DNA of 64,000 nt. Origin: an uncultured Azospirillaceae bacterium (GTDB lineage: Bacteria; Pseudomonadota; Alphaproteobacteria; RF32; CAG-239). The stretch is taken from assembly GCA_964410325.1 (NCBI GenBank), contig CAYPFN010000008.1:6570-70569 (forward strand), given 5' to 3'. The notes under the pieces were generated by a model. It was given only the letters and a program-made list of their open reading frames with translations, had not been told where the DNA came from and did no database searches. Shown piece by piece: positions 55,428 through 64,000 of the stretch (position 1 is the first letter of the stretch; each line of letters begins with the position of its first letter). The translations under genes and the position numbers were made by a program.

Positions 55428-56693
55428 ATGTTAATGAAAATATACAACACTTTAATCAGATTTCTCTATCCGATAGCTATCAGCCGTTACATTGAAAAGC
55501 GCAAAAAAAATGGCAAGGAAGATATTAAACGTTTTAATGAACGAATCGGCCGGCCTACAAAACCGCGGCCAAACGGTAAGCTTGTTTGGATGCACGGTGC
55601 TTCTGTCGGCGAATCTATTTCCATGCTTCCCCTTATCAAGCGTTTATTGGAACTTTATCCGGAGCTTTATATTATGGTCACAACCGGCACCCGGACTTCG
55701 GCTGATGTTATGGCCAAGCGCTTGCCAGAACGAGCTTTTCATCAGTATCTCCCGATTGAAAACCCGGTATTTGCCACGCGTTTTTTGAAGCATTGGCGAC
55801 CAGATATAGCCCTATGGTTTGAATCCGAATTTTGGCCGGCAATGCTTTCCTGCATTAAACGCAAAAATATTCCTTTGATTCTGGTCAACGGACGGATTTC
55901 TAACAAATCTTTTAAACGTTGGCAGCAGTTTGAATTTGTTATCAAAGAAATTCTTGATTGTTTTAATTTGTGTTTGGGACAGTCTGATGAAGACGCCTAC
56001 CGCCTGAGGGTGTTAGGCGCTAAAAATGTCATATGCCTCGGCAACCTGAAATACGCCGGCCTGCCCTTGCCGGTTGACAACGATAAAAAGGCAGAAATAG
56101 CCAAACAAATCAATAATCGACCAGTTTGGCTGGTTAGCTCTACCCATGACAATGAAGAATTTCGCATTGCCAAACATTTAAAAACCCTGGAACAAAAAAT
56201 TCCTCATCTTTTGACATTTATGGCGCCGCGTCATCCGCACCGCGGAGTGGAAATTAAAGAACTTTTGGAAAAAGAATTAGGGTTGAATGTTGCTTTACGC
56301 TCCGCCGGAGAAAAAATTACCGCTAAAACGGATGTCTATATTGCCGACACTATCGGCGAAATGGGTATCTGGTATGAACTTTTTACGTTGGTATTTATCG
56401 GCGGATCACTTATTCCGCACGGCGGTCAAAATTTTATGGAGCCCTCACGCTATCGTGATGCCGTTATTGTCGGACCGCATATGCATAATTTTACCGATGC
56501 TATGAATCGTGCCAAAAAAGCAGATGCCATCATACAAGTCAACGATGTGTTAGATTTAATTGAAATGGTTGAAACGCTTCTGACCAATCCGGAACTACTG
56601 GAAGCCAAACGCAGTCTGGCTTATAACTGGGCAACCAGCGAAGCCAAAGTTTTAGACAGTATTGTTGAAAAAATTCGCGCTTATCTGGAGTAA
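55428..56693 (+). CDS. waaA: Kdo transferase
   Basis: WMHGASVGE, ESEFWP, NGRIS, GNLK, APRHP.R, DTIGEM, GGQNFMEP. Confidence 0.96.
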   Translation: MLMKIYNTLIRFLYPIAISRYIEKRKKNGKEDIKRFNERIGRPTKPRPNGKLVWMHGASVGESISMLPLIKRLLELYPELYIMVTTGTRTSADVMAKRLPERAFHQYLPIENPVFATRFLKHWRPDIALWFESEFWPAMLSCIKRKNIPLILVNGRISNKSFKRWQQFEFVIKEILDCFNLCLGQSDEDAYRLRVLGAKNVICLGNLKYAGLPLPVDNDKKAEIAKQINNRPVWLVSSTHDNEEFRIAKHLKTLEQKIPHLLTFMAPRHPHRGVEIKELLEKELGLNVALRSAGEKITAKTDVYIADTIGEMGIWYELFTLVFIGGSLIPHGGQNFMEPSRYRDAVIVGPHMHNFTDAMNRAKKADAIIQVNDVLDLIEMVETLLTNPELLEAKRSLAYNWATSEAKVLDSIVEKIRAYLE

Positions 56694-56701
56694 ACATTCT
56701 G

Positions 56702-57661
56702 ATGAAAACGCCTGAATTTTGGAAAAAAGACAATCTGTTATCTAAAATCTTGGCGCCTTTGGGTGGCTTATATGCGGTAGCGACCTATTTGCGTCTTAAA
56801 ACAGCCGCACCTTATAAAGCAGCCAAACCGGTTATATGTATCGGCAATTTAACGGCAGGCGGTAGCGGAAAAACCCCGGTTGCTTTAAGTATTGCAAAGC
56901 TTTTGCAGGATATGGGAAGAAATCCATTTTTCTTATCCCGCGGATATGGGGGAACAGTTCATAATGTCGTCGTCAATAAAATGGTGCATACACCTTTGCA
57001 GGTCGGCGATGAACCGCTTTTACTCTCGGAGACGGCACCAGTTGTTGTCAATCCTGATCGGGCAAGTGGCGCAAAACTTGCTATCGCACACGGGGCAGAC
57101 TGTTTGGTCATGGATGACGGGTTTCAAAATCCGGGATTATATAAAGACCTTGCTTTTTTGGTTTTTGACGGAACTTACGGCATCGGCAACGGCCGCGCCA
57201 TTCCGGCCGGACCGCTACGGGAAAATTTTGCCGCGGGGCTGAAACGAGCACAGGCCGTCATCATTTTAGGCGAAGATAAAACTGGCATTGCCACTCAAAC
57301 AAAATTACCGATATTTTATGGAAAAATTGTTGAAGAACAGCCGAATATCGCCAACCGTCAGGTTTTGGCTTTTGCCGGCATCGGCCATCCGGAAAAATTT
57401 TATGCCTCATTGGAAAAATGCGGACTGAACCCAGTTATAAAACAAAATTTTCCGGATCATCATGGCTATACGCATGCCGAATTACAAAAACTGATTAATT
57501 TGGCCGAAGAAAAAAAGCTCGATATCTACACAACCTCTAAAGATTATGTCAAAATTCCATTTGCGCTGCAAAAAAAGTTTAAGGTTTTAAATATTTCCGT
57601 TGTATGGGAAAATTTGCCGGAGCTACAACGTTTTATTAATCGGGCTTTGTCTGTTGATTGA
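56702..57661 (+). CDS. lpxK: Tetraacyldisaccharide 4'-kinase
   Basis: IGNLTAGGSGKTP, SRGYGG, GDEPLLL, DDGFQN, PAGPLRE, FPDHH. Confidence 0.97.
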   Translation: MKTPEFWKKDNLLSKILAPLGGLYAVATYLRLKTAAPYKAAKPVICIGNLTAGGSGKTPVALSIAKLLQDMGRNPFFLSRGYGGTVHNVVVNKMVHTPLQVGDEPLLLSETAPVVVNPDRASGAKLAIAHGADCLVMDDGFQNPGLYKDLAFLVFDGTYGIGNGRAIPAGPLRENFAAGLKRAQAVIILGEDKTGIATQTKLPIFYGKIVEEQPNIANRQVLAFAGIGHPEKFYASLEKCGLNPVIKQNFPDHHGYTHAELQKLINLAEEKKLDIYTTSKDYVKIPFALQKKFKVLNISVVWENLPELQRFINRALSVD

Positions 57662-57703
57662 AATTTATTTAAACAAAGCAAAATTAAATAAAAAAGGAAA
57701 ATC

Positions 57704-58165
57704 ATGGTAAATAAGATTTACATTACATTTACGGAAATTACGCACAGATGCAAACAGCTGGCTGAAGAAATCATGAAGTCTGACGGCAGGCCTGATATGA
57801 TTTTGGCTGTGGCCAGAGGTGGCTTAGTGCCGGCCGGCATGCTAGCGCAGCTTCTAGATGTCCGTGATATCCGGACAATTTGCCTGGCATCATACAGTGA
57901 TGACGGCCAGCAAGAAGAAATTAAGCCGATATTTTGTTCTGACATTCCTGTTGATAAAAATGTACTGGTTGTTGATGATTTAATCGACAGCGGTGGTACG
58001 CTTGCTTATCTTAAAGAAAAATTTAAAGCCTATAATACGGTTAAATTTGCCACATTTTACAGCAAAACGGCAAACCTTAATAAGCTAAGCCTTCTTGATT
58101 ACGCCACCGAGCTTAAAAATCCTGACGAATGGATTGTCTTTCCTTGGGAGCCTGAAGCCTTATGA
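57704..58165 (+). CDS. gpt: Purine phosphoribosyltransferase (xanthine/guanine type)
   Basis: AVARGGLVPA, VLVVDDLIDSGGT, WIVFPWE. Confidence 0.75.
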   Translation: MVNKIYITFTEITHRCKQLAEEIMKSDGRPDMILAVARGGLVPAGMLAQLLDVRDIRTICLASYSDDGQQEEIKPIFCSDIPVDKNVLVVDDLIDSGGTLAYLKEKFKAYNTVKFATFYSKTANLNKLSLLDYATELKNPDEWIVFPWEPEAL

Positions 58166-59574
58166 TAAGTACAAAGTTAAAATATATTTTACTGGTCGTG
58201 GTTTTTATTTTGGGCTATACCAGCCTTTCTTTCGAGTTAATTGTTTTGCGCCAGCTGATTAACTTTGTCGGTTCAAATATGCTGATTACTTCCATTGTTA
58301 TTACGTTTATTCTTTTGTTTTTATCAATCGGCTATTATGCTGGTTCGGTTGTTCGCTTTGGTATGCGTCCAATACGGCGCACGATGCTAAACTTAATCGC
58401 CGCTATGACGGCGTGGTATATTATTGCCTGTTCTCATTATTTAATTGAGATTTATTTTGCAATGTCGTATAAGCTCGGTTTACGTTCAATATTGGGATTT
58501 GTAACATTGTTTTCCGCCTTGTTTCTGGCTTTTCCATCAGCCTGCCTGGGATTTGCGACCTCTGTTATCGGACGGATTATCCACCGCCATAACCGCAATT
58601 ATACCGGACGTTTTATGGCTGTTGATACCATTGGCAGTGTTTTAGGCTCGCTGGCGACCACTTTGGTATTTATGCCACTTATCGGTGTGGCGGCGACAGT
58701 TATTATATTGCTGGTATTAACGGCTATAGCCGCTTTGCTTTTGGGTAATCGGCGACGGAATTTTTATTATGCCGTTTTGCTGATATATTTACTGGTTATC
58801 GGCGCTTTTCTAAATAACGAAAAATTTATGCATCCGAACAGCGGTCTGGTCAAAGACGATGCTATTTCCCGAATTGAAATCATTCCAGAAGATATAAAAA
58901 ACGGCAAAGCGCAATCCTTGTTGATGAAAATAAACGGATCCTCCTCTTCTAAAATTTCTGAAGATGAGGCTTTAATGTTCGGTTATATCAAATTTATTAA
59001 TGACACGTTTGTATATACCTTGCCACGGGATTATCTGCGGGATATTCTTGTTTTAGGCGCTGGCGGGTTTACCATTGGGTTGAAAGATTCCTTTCATCAT
59101 TATACTTTTCTTGATATCGATCACGATTTAAAAGAAATTTCCGAACAACAATTTTTGTATGAAAAACTTCCGCCCAATAAAAAGTTTATCGCACAAGATG
59201 CCTACCTTTATATGCTTCATGAAAACAAAAAATATGATTTGATTGTGGTTGACGTTTTTTCTGCTCAGAATAGTATTCCGATGAACTTTATAACAACGGA
59301 CTTTTTTAATATGGTCAAGCAATCTTTAAAAGAAAACGGGATTATGGTTGCCAACATTATTGCCTCGCCTTCATTTAGCAATTCCTTTTCCCGACGGGTG
59401 GATAATACCCTACGTGCAGTTTTTCCGCACCACTTGGATCGTCATGTGATACAGCCTTACAATCCGTACGAAACGGACGACAATCTGGTTAATGTGGAAT
59501 ATATTTATTATAATTATCCGCCTGACGGAACGATTTACACCATAAATAAAAACACCGCTTTGTACGGACAATAA
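58162..59574 (+). CDS. Membrane-fused spermidine synthase-like methyltransferase
   Basis: N-terminal TM bundle (ELIVLR..., TIGSVLGS) plus LVLGAGG, DID, QDA, YDLIVVDVF. Confidence 0.8.
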   Translation: MISTKLKYILLVVVFILGYTSLSFELIVLRQLINFVGSNMLITSIVITFILLFLSIGYYAGSVVRFGMRPIRRTMLNLIAAMTAWYIIACSHYLIEIYFAMSYKLGLRSILGFVTLFSALFLAFPSACLGFATSVIGRIIHRHNRNYTGRFMAVDTIGSVLGSLATTLVFMPLIGVAATVIILLVLTAIAALLLGNRRRNFYYAVLLIYLLVIGAFLNNEKFMHPNSGLVKDDAISRIEIIPEDIKNGKAQSLLMKINGSSSSKISEDEALMFGYIKFINDTFVYTLPRDYLRDILVLGAGGFTIGLKDSFHHYTFLDIDHDLKEISEQQFLYEKLPPNKKFIAQDAYLYMLHENKKYDLIVVDVFSAQNSIPMNFITTDFFNMVKQSLKENGIMVANIIASPSFSNSFSRRVDNTLRAVFPHHLDRHVIQPYNPYETDDNLVNVEYIYYNYPPDGTIYTINKNTALYGQ

Positions 59575-59612
59575 CCAATAGCGATGATAACTGTTTTTTT
59601 TAGGATAGATTG

Positions 59613-59762
59613 ATGAATAATATCAGAAAAGCTAAAATTGCTGATACTTTGCTTATCACGGAGATCAGTATTGACGTATGGAAGAAAACTTATGAAGGGT
59701 TTATTGATTATGCGTCTGGTGGTTCAACAAATCGTCCAAAATTACAGGAGATGCCCAAATAG
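59613..59762 (+). pseudogene. 5' remnant of a GNAT acetyltransferase
   Basis: MNNIRKAKIADTLLITEISIDVWKKTYEGFID resembles a GNAT N-terminus; stops after 49 codons. Confidence 0.55.
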
Positions 59763-59872
59763 GTTTGTTCATAGCCTTAGTCTTTTGGACACGCAATGCC
59801 TGGCACCTGAACAAGGCGTGATTTTCCGAAAGTATATTTAAACAAAATGCGCAAACAAATATTTTAACCGTC

Positions 59873-59910
59873 AAAAAAATCCCTGCCCTTATTCTGGCGG
59901 GGATTTTTTT
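59873..59910. terminator. Bidirectional terminator
   Basis: aaaaaaatccctgcc / ggcggggattttttt hairpin between convergent genes. Confidence 0.8.
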
Positions 59911-59922
59911 GGGGTTTGCAGC

Positions 59923-61269
59923 CTACTTTTTATTTTCTTTTTTTTGCATATATTCTCTATACTCATATTCTATTTGATTATAGTTAAGTTCTTCGGCAAA
60001 TCTTTTTTTGCGTTTCTCCGAGTGAATTGCAAAACGCGCCGAATTTTCATCAATCATGGTTACTTCTTGCCAACTTTTCCATCCGGTTATTTGGGCTGAA
60101 AGTTTCAAGGCTTCGTGGTGCGGGATATTAAGCATGGCTTTAAGTTTTTTGGCCTTTTGTTTCAAAATTTCCATATAAATTTCTCTGGCGCTTTTTTGAA
60201 TTGTAAGCAAACGTTTATATATCTCGGAAATATAATAGGCCGGCACACGTTCCACGCGTATGTCCAATGCCGGAAAAATTTTTCTCATTTCTACTAACAG
60301 GTCTGCTTCCTGCGATTCCGATTTCCCCTTATCAAGCAATAATCTCCCATCGGCGAAAAGCGCATAGTTTAAATTGTCTGGCGAATAATACAACCTTTCC
60401 GACGGACAAACCACACTCAAACATTTGTTATTATCCGACAAAAGTTTATGAATGAAAATATTCATCTGCAACTTTTCCTCGTTACTTAACGAAATTTCTG
60501 TCTCTTCCGCATAATCTTCGGCCGGCATAAACCATTCAAATTCTTGTGCTTTGCGATAGACGGCGTCTATATAATTTTGTGGCACATATTCTTTTTGCAA
60601 ATAAACATATTCTTTATGGTGGTGGCAAAAAGCATCAACCTTACGATAATCTTTTACACCAGAAAAATCATATTCTTTCGATACAAGAAAACGTCCGTCA
60701 GTCATCAGAGCCAGATATTCGCGACATTCGGGATTTATATTTTCACTCCTGGCTGCCGTCAGACAAATGTTGCCGTCGGCAAACAATTTCTGAATGAATT
60801 TTTTTTGCGAATCTAACTTTTCAAAATAAAAACTTTTATCATCAGTATAGATGTCATTCAAATTTTCGACAACTTGGTTAATATCCATCATATTATAGCC
60901 TTTACGGAAATTATAGCTGCCATAAACTTTCTTTATGAGCAAGCCTTTCCGGTATGCCAGCTGCAATACGCGTTCTATTGCTTCTTTCGGTGTATCGTAA
61001 CGATAAATCAATGTGCCGTCGGCAAACAGAACAAAACGATTATCAGCAAAAGGCAAAATTACATTCTTAGACACGACGCGTCCCGAACATCCGGCGTCCC
61101 GAGCTGCTTGTTTAACAGTAAAGCAGACATTGTTTGCTTTCATTGAATGAAAGGGATTGTAACCGACAGCTTTGGTATGCGCCGTCAGGTCGATTATTTC
61201 GTCAAACGGCAAAATTTGTTCTGATTGTAACAGTCTTTTATCATAGAAAGGGGAAATATTATCAGTCAT
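59923..61269 (-). CDS. Hypothetical protein with three internal repeats and a C-terminal helical domain
   Basis: 448-aa ORF with Shine-Dalgarno AAGGAG; repeats FVLFADGTLI / LALMTDGRFLV / YALFADGRLLL. Confidence 0.85.
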   Translation of the reverse strand: MTDNISPFYDKRLLQSEQILPFDEIIDLTAHTKAVGYNPFHSMKANNVCFTVKQAARDAGCSGRVVSKNVILPFADNRFVLFADGTLIYRYDTPKEAIERVLQLAYRKGLLIKKVYGSYNFRKGYNMMDINQVVENLNDIYTDDKSFYFEKLDSQKKFIQKLFADGNICLTAARSENINPECREYLALMTDGRFLVSKEYDFSGVKDYRKVDAFCHHHKEYVYLQKEYVPQNYIDAVYRKAQEFEWFMPAEDYAEETEISLSNEEKLQMNIFIHKLLSDNNKCLSVVCPSERLYYSPDNLNYALFADGRLLLDKGKSESQEADLLVEMRKIFPALDIRVERVPAYYISEIYKRLLTIQKSAREIYMEILKQKAKKLKAMLNIPHHEALKLSAQITGWKSWQEVTMIDENSARFAIHSEKRKKRFAEELNYNQIEYEYREYMQKKENKK

Positions 61270-61421
61270 GACTTTAACTCCTTTTCTGCGGGAAAAAAAA
61301 CTTTTGATGCCTGCCTGTCAAAAACCCCTTAAAAAAGAATTAAAGTACAAAAAAAAGAAATGATTGTCCCATCCGGGTTTGCCTATGAGCAGGCAGCAGA
61401 CGCCAATCTCGCCTTTAGGTA

Positions 61422-61450
61422 ATAATATAACAATTCAGCTCTTGTGTCAA
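61422..61450 (-). promoter_or_regulatory. sigma70 promoter (TTGACA-N17-TATTAT) of the 448-aa gene
   Basis: Near-consensus boxes about 150 nt upstream of the ATG. Confidence 0.7.
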
Positions 61451-61628
61451 TCATTTTAACGGCCCTCCTAAATCTTGTTTTATTTTTTAGCTATTTGTAG
61501 CATATTATATCGGAACAAAGGATAAAATTAAGTCAGTCTTCGACAAAATTGTTTAATAGAGCCTAAAAAAAATAATTTGGTATGTTTATTGACTTTTAAG
61601 TTAATTAATGTTACTTGTGTCGTTTTAG

Positions 61629-61806
61629 TAACATTGAAAACAAAGGGACGCCAGATTTCAATATACCTACAGCTGTTAAAAGTTAACTAAATTTATTCTT
61701 TATCAACCTTTTCTCTTGAAAACCTTGGATTGCAACAGATTAAACCAATAAAGCAATATAAATAATAAAAATATTGGATTCTGGCGTCCCTTTATTTTCA
61801 ATGTTA
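61629..61806. repeat. 36-bp inverted repeat pair (33/36 match) enclosing 106 bp upstream of the adhesin-like gene
   Basis: taacattgaaaacaaagggacgccagatttcaatat (61629-61664) vs atattggattctggcgtccctttattttcaatgtta (61771-61806). Confidence 0.85.
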
Positions 61807-61869
61807 TTTTGCAAGTTTTTTTATGGTGGCTTGGCAAAAATATGAGTGGTTTATAAGGAGTTGTTATTG

Positions 61870-64000
61870 ATGAGGTATTATCAGAATTGGCTTTTTGCAC
61901 TATTGGCAGGAACATTTTTTTCATCTCCGGCGATGGCGGTGACACTTACTCCCACTTTGGATACTTTGGAAGATGCCCCCAACAGTGTATTTGAATATGC
62001 AGAGGGATCTGCAACCGACTATGATTTCACGGTTCAGGAAACTGACGAGAACGGTAATCTGACTACCAAATATTATAAGATCGTTCTGAAAACGGATGAA
62101 TTTTCCACCTCCGAGAATGTCGTCTGGAGTGATGAGGAGCCAGCAAATTATACGGGATCTGTTGAAATCACATTGCCTAACAGCCAAACGGAAATTTTTT
62201 ATTACACCTATAATCAACCAGATGGTTACGAATCAGGTACCCGAATTAACGACACTTTGAACAGAACATCCGTGGAAAAAGTGGTGTTTGAGGGCTTCAA
62301 CGATACTCAATATATTTCCTCCGCCTCTGGTGGAGCGATTTATAACACGGCAAACAATAGTGAGGTGGATATCATTGCTGATTTTATCAACAACCATGCC
62401 AGTTCTGGCAGCTCACTTACCAATGGCTCTACCGCCTATGGTGGGGCGATTTACAGTGAAGGCGATATTGGGAGCATCACCGGAAACTTTATCAGCAATT
62501 ACGTCAAGGCCCACGCTTCCGCTGCTCACGGCGGAGCCATTTACAACAAAAATGCCACCATTGGGGATATTGTCGGGGACTTTATTGGCAATTACGCTAC
62601 CACCTCAGGCTACGCCACCGGTGGGGCGATTTTTAACTACACAGACACTAGCGTCAGTAACTACACTGTAGCCACCATCAAGAACATTACCGGCAACTTC
62701 ATCGCTAACAGGGTCGAATCCTCCGCCTCTGCTGGTGCTGGCGGGGCCATTCACAACGAAAACAGCACCATCGAGAATATCACTGGAGCTTTCATTGGCA
62801 ACTCAGCCTCCTCTGCCGTTGCCTCCCTGGGCGGGGCGATTGCCAACAGCGGTGGAATCAAAGAACAATCTGGTTTCAGCATATCTTCTGGAGGCACTAT
62901 CGAGAACATTATCGGCGATTTCGTGGGCAACTCCGCTTCCTCTGCTGTTGCCTCCCTGGGCGGGGCGATCGTCAATTTGGGTGATGATTCTGGTGATGAA
63001 GGTATCATTGAAAAAATCACCGGGGACTTCGTGGGCAATTCTGCTTCCGGTGGCTATGCCGTGGGTGGGGCGATCGCCAATTTGGGTAGTATTTATTATT
63101 ACGATGGCGTTTATTCCTATTTCGACATATATAACGGAGGCACCATCGAAGACATTATCGGGGACTTTGTAAGCAATTCTGCTTCCGGTGACTATGCCAT
63201 GGGTGGGGCTATTGCCAACCTGGGCACTATTAATAAAATTGAAGGCGACTTCAGTGGAAATTCTGCTACTTCTACCAATGGAGTATCTTACGGTGGAGCG
63301 ATTGCCAACTATGGAGGCACCATCGAAGACATTATCGGGGACTTTGTAAGCAATTCTGCTTCCGGTGACTATGCCATGGGTGGGGCTATTGCCAACCTGG
63401 GCACTATTAATAAAATTGAAGGCGACTTCAGTGGAAATTCTGCTACTTCTACCAATGGAGTATCTTACGGTGGAGCGATTGCCAACTATGGAGGCACCAT
63501 CGAAGACATTATCGGGGACTTTATCGGCAATTCTGCTTCCGTAGGTGGGGCGATTTTCAGCTATGGCCTCATTGGGGACATCACCGGAAATTTTTATAAT
63601 AACAGTTCGGTGCTCTACAGCATCAATGTCGACAATGTTTCAGACGACATCTCGGCATTGGTTTCAAATGTAGGAACAGGTGGCGGTGCTGTCCTTAGCG
63701 TCGGTGCTGTTGAAAACATTACTGGCGACTTTACCGGCAACTATGTAAAAACAGACAAGTCTGGCGGTGGCGGTGCTGTCTTGAGCATCGGTGCTGTTGG
63801 AAACATTACTGGCGACTTTACTGGCAACTATGTGGAAGCAGAAGACTATGCCGCTGGTGGGGCGATTGCGGATTTAGGATTATTCGGTAGCTTTTTACTA
63901 GAGGTAGGCGGTATTTATAACATTACTGGCAGTTTTACCAATAACTATGTCAGTGCCAAAAATGGAATTGCTGCCGGCGGGGCGATTGCGACGATGATGT
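61870..64000 (+). CDS. Secreted Pmp-like GGAI/FxxN-repeat beta-helix surface protein, probable autotransporter (runs off window end)
   Basis: Shine-Dalgarno AAGGAG, signal peptide MRYYQNWLFALLAGTFFSSPAMA, many GGAI.N...I..I.GDF.GN repeats, frame open to 64000; absent from the ORF track; no beta-barrel visible in the window. Confidence 0.85.
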   Translation, partial: MRYYQNWLFALLAGTFFSSPAMAVTLTPTLDTLEDAPNSVFEYAEGSATDYDFTVQETDENGNLTTKYYKIVLKTDEFSTSENVVWSDEEPANYTGSVEITLPNSQTEIFYYTYNQPDGYESGTRINDTLNRTSVEKVVFEGFNDTQYISSASGGAIYNTANNSEVDIIADFINNHASSGSSLTNGSTAYGGAIYSEGDIGSITGNFISNYVKAHASAAHGGAIYNKNATIGDIVGDFIGNYATTSGYATGGAIFNYTDTSVSNYTVATIKNITGNFIANRVESSASAGAGGAIHNENSTIENITGAFIGNSASSAVASLGGAIANSGGIKEQSGFSISSGGTIENIIGDFVGNSASSAVASLGGAIVNLGDDSGDEGIIEKITGDFVGNSASGGYAVGGAIANLGSIYYYDGVYSYFDIYNGGTIEDIIGDFVSNSASGDYAMGGAIANLGTINKIEGDFSGNSATSTNGVSYGGAIANYGGTIEDIIGDFVSNSASGDYAMGGAIANLGTINKIEGDFSGNSATSTNGVSYGGAIANYGGTIEDIIGDFIGNSASVGGAIFSYGLIGDITGNFYNNSSVLYSINVDNVSDDISALVSNVGTGGGAVLSVGAVENITGDFTGNYVKTDKSGGGGAVLSIGAVGNITGDFTGNYVEAEDYAAGGAIADLGLFGSFLLEVGGIYNITGSFTNNYVSAKNGIAAGGAIATMM
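63136..63522 (+). repeat. Perfect 177-bp in-frame tandem repeat (2 copies plus 33 bp)
   Basis: Units begin at 63136, 63313 and 63490 with ggaggcaccatcgaagacattatcggggacttt; copies 1 and 2 are identical. Confidence 0.92.

Noticed and set aside
61360-61390. GGCAAACC...GGGAC on the minus strand resembling a c-di-GMP-I (GEMM) riboswitch
   Set aside because: It lacks the GNRA-capped stem, the following GCAAAG and the second hairpin; too short to be the aptamer.

Overview
A 64-kb chromosomal window from an AT-rich alphaproteobacterium. The ffh-rpsP-rimM-trmD-rplS operon with an ffh leader, the DUF374-waaA-lpxK cluster and tolB point to this class. The anaerobe-type genes (FprA, FrhB-pyruvyltransferase fusion) suggest an uncultured gut lineage such as RF32; that placement is inference. 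Most of the window is housekeeping: partial rpoC, rpoB, ribosome and SRP genes, galE, terC, tolB, pheA, polA, PBP1A, tRNA-Asp, trxB, secDF-yajC, sufBCD, rplJL, lon and lipid A genes. Four regions stand out. (1) An NAD salvage operon (nadM-like, pncA, pncB, nadE) carries two copies of an RNA motif I cannot assign to a known class. The copies share an identical 11-nt loop, have stems of different sequence that both still pair, and have a predicted pseudoknot near the ribosome-binding site, making this a candidate new NAD-pathway riboswitch. (2) A 13.6-kb AT-rich surface-glycan operon is headed by an Mpi-like serine recombinase that has lost its catalytic residues, directly downstream of a 120-bp promoter-like segment flanked by perfect 16-bp inverted repeats. 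(3) A 36-bp inverted repeat pair lies upstream of a Pmp-like GGAI/FxxN-repeat surface protein that contains a perfect 177-bp tandem duplication. (4) Several decayed gene relics lie between core operons, two of them Cys-rich. No CRISPR array, rRNA or intact transposase was seen. All family assignments come from motif recognition by eye; no database search was run.
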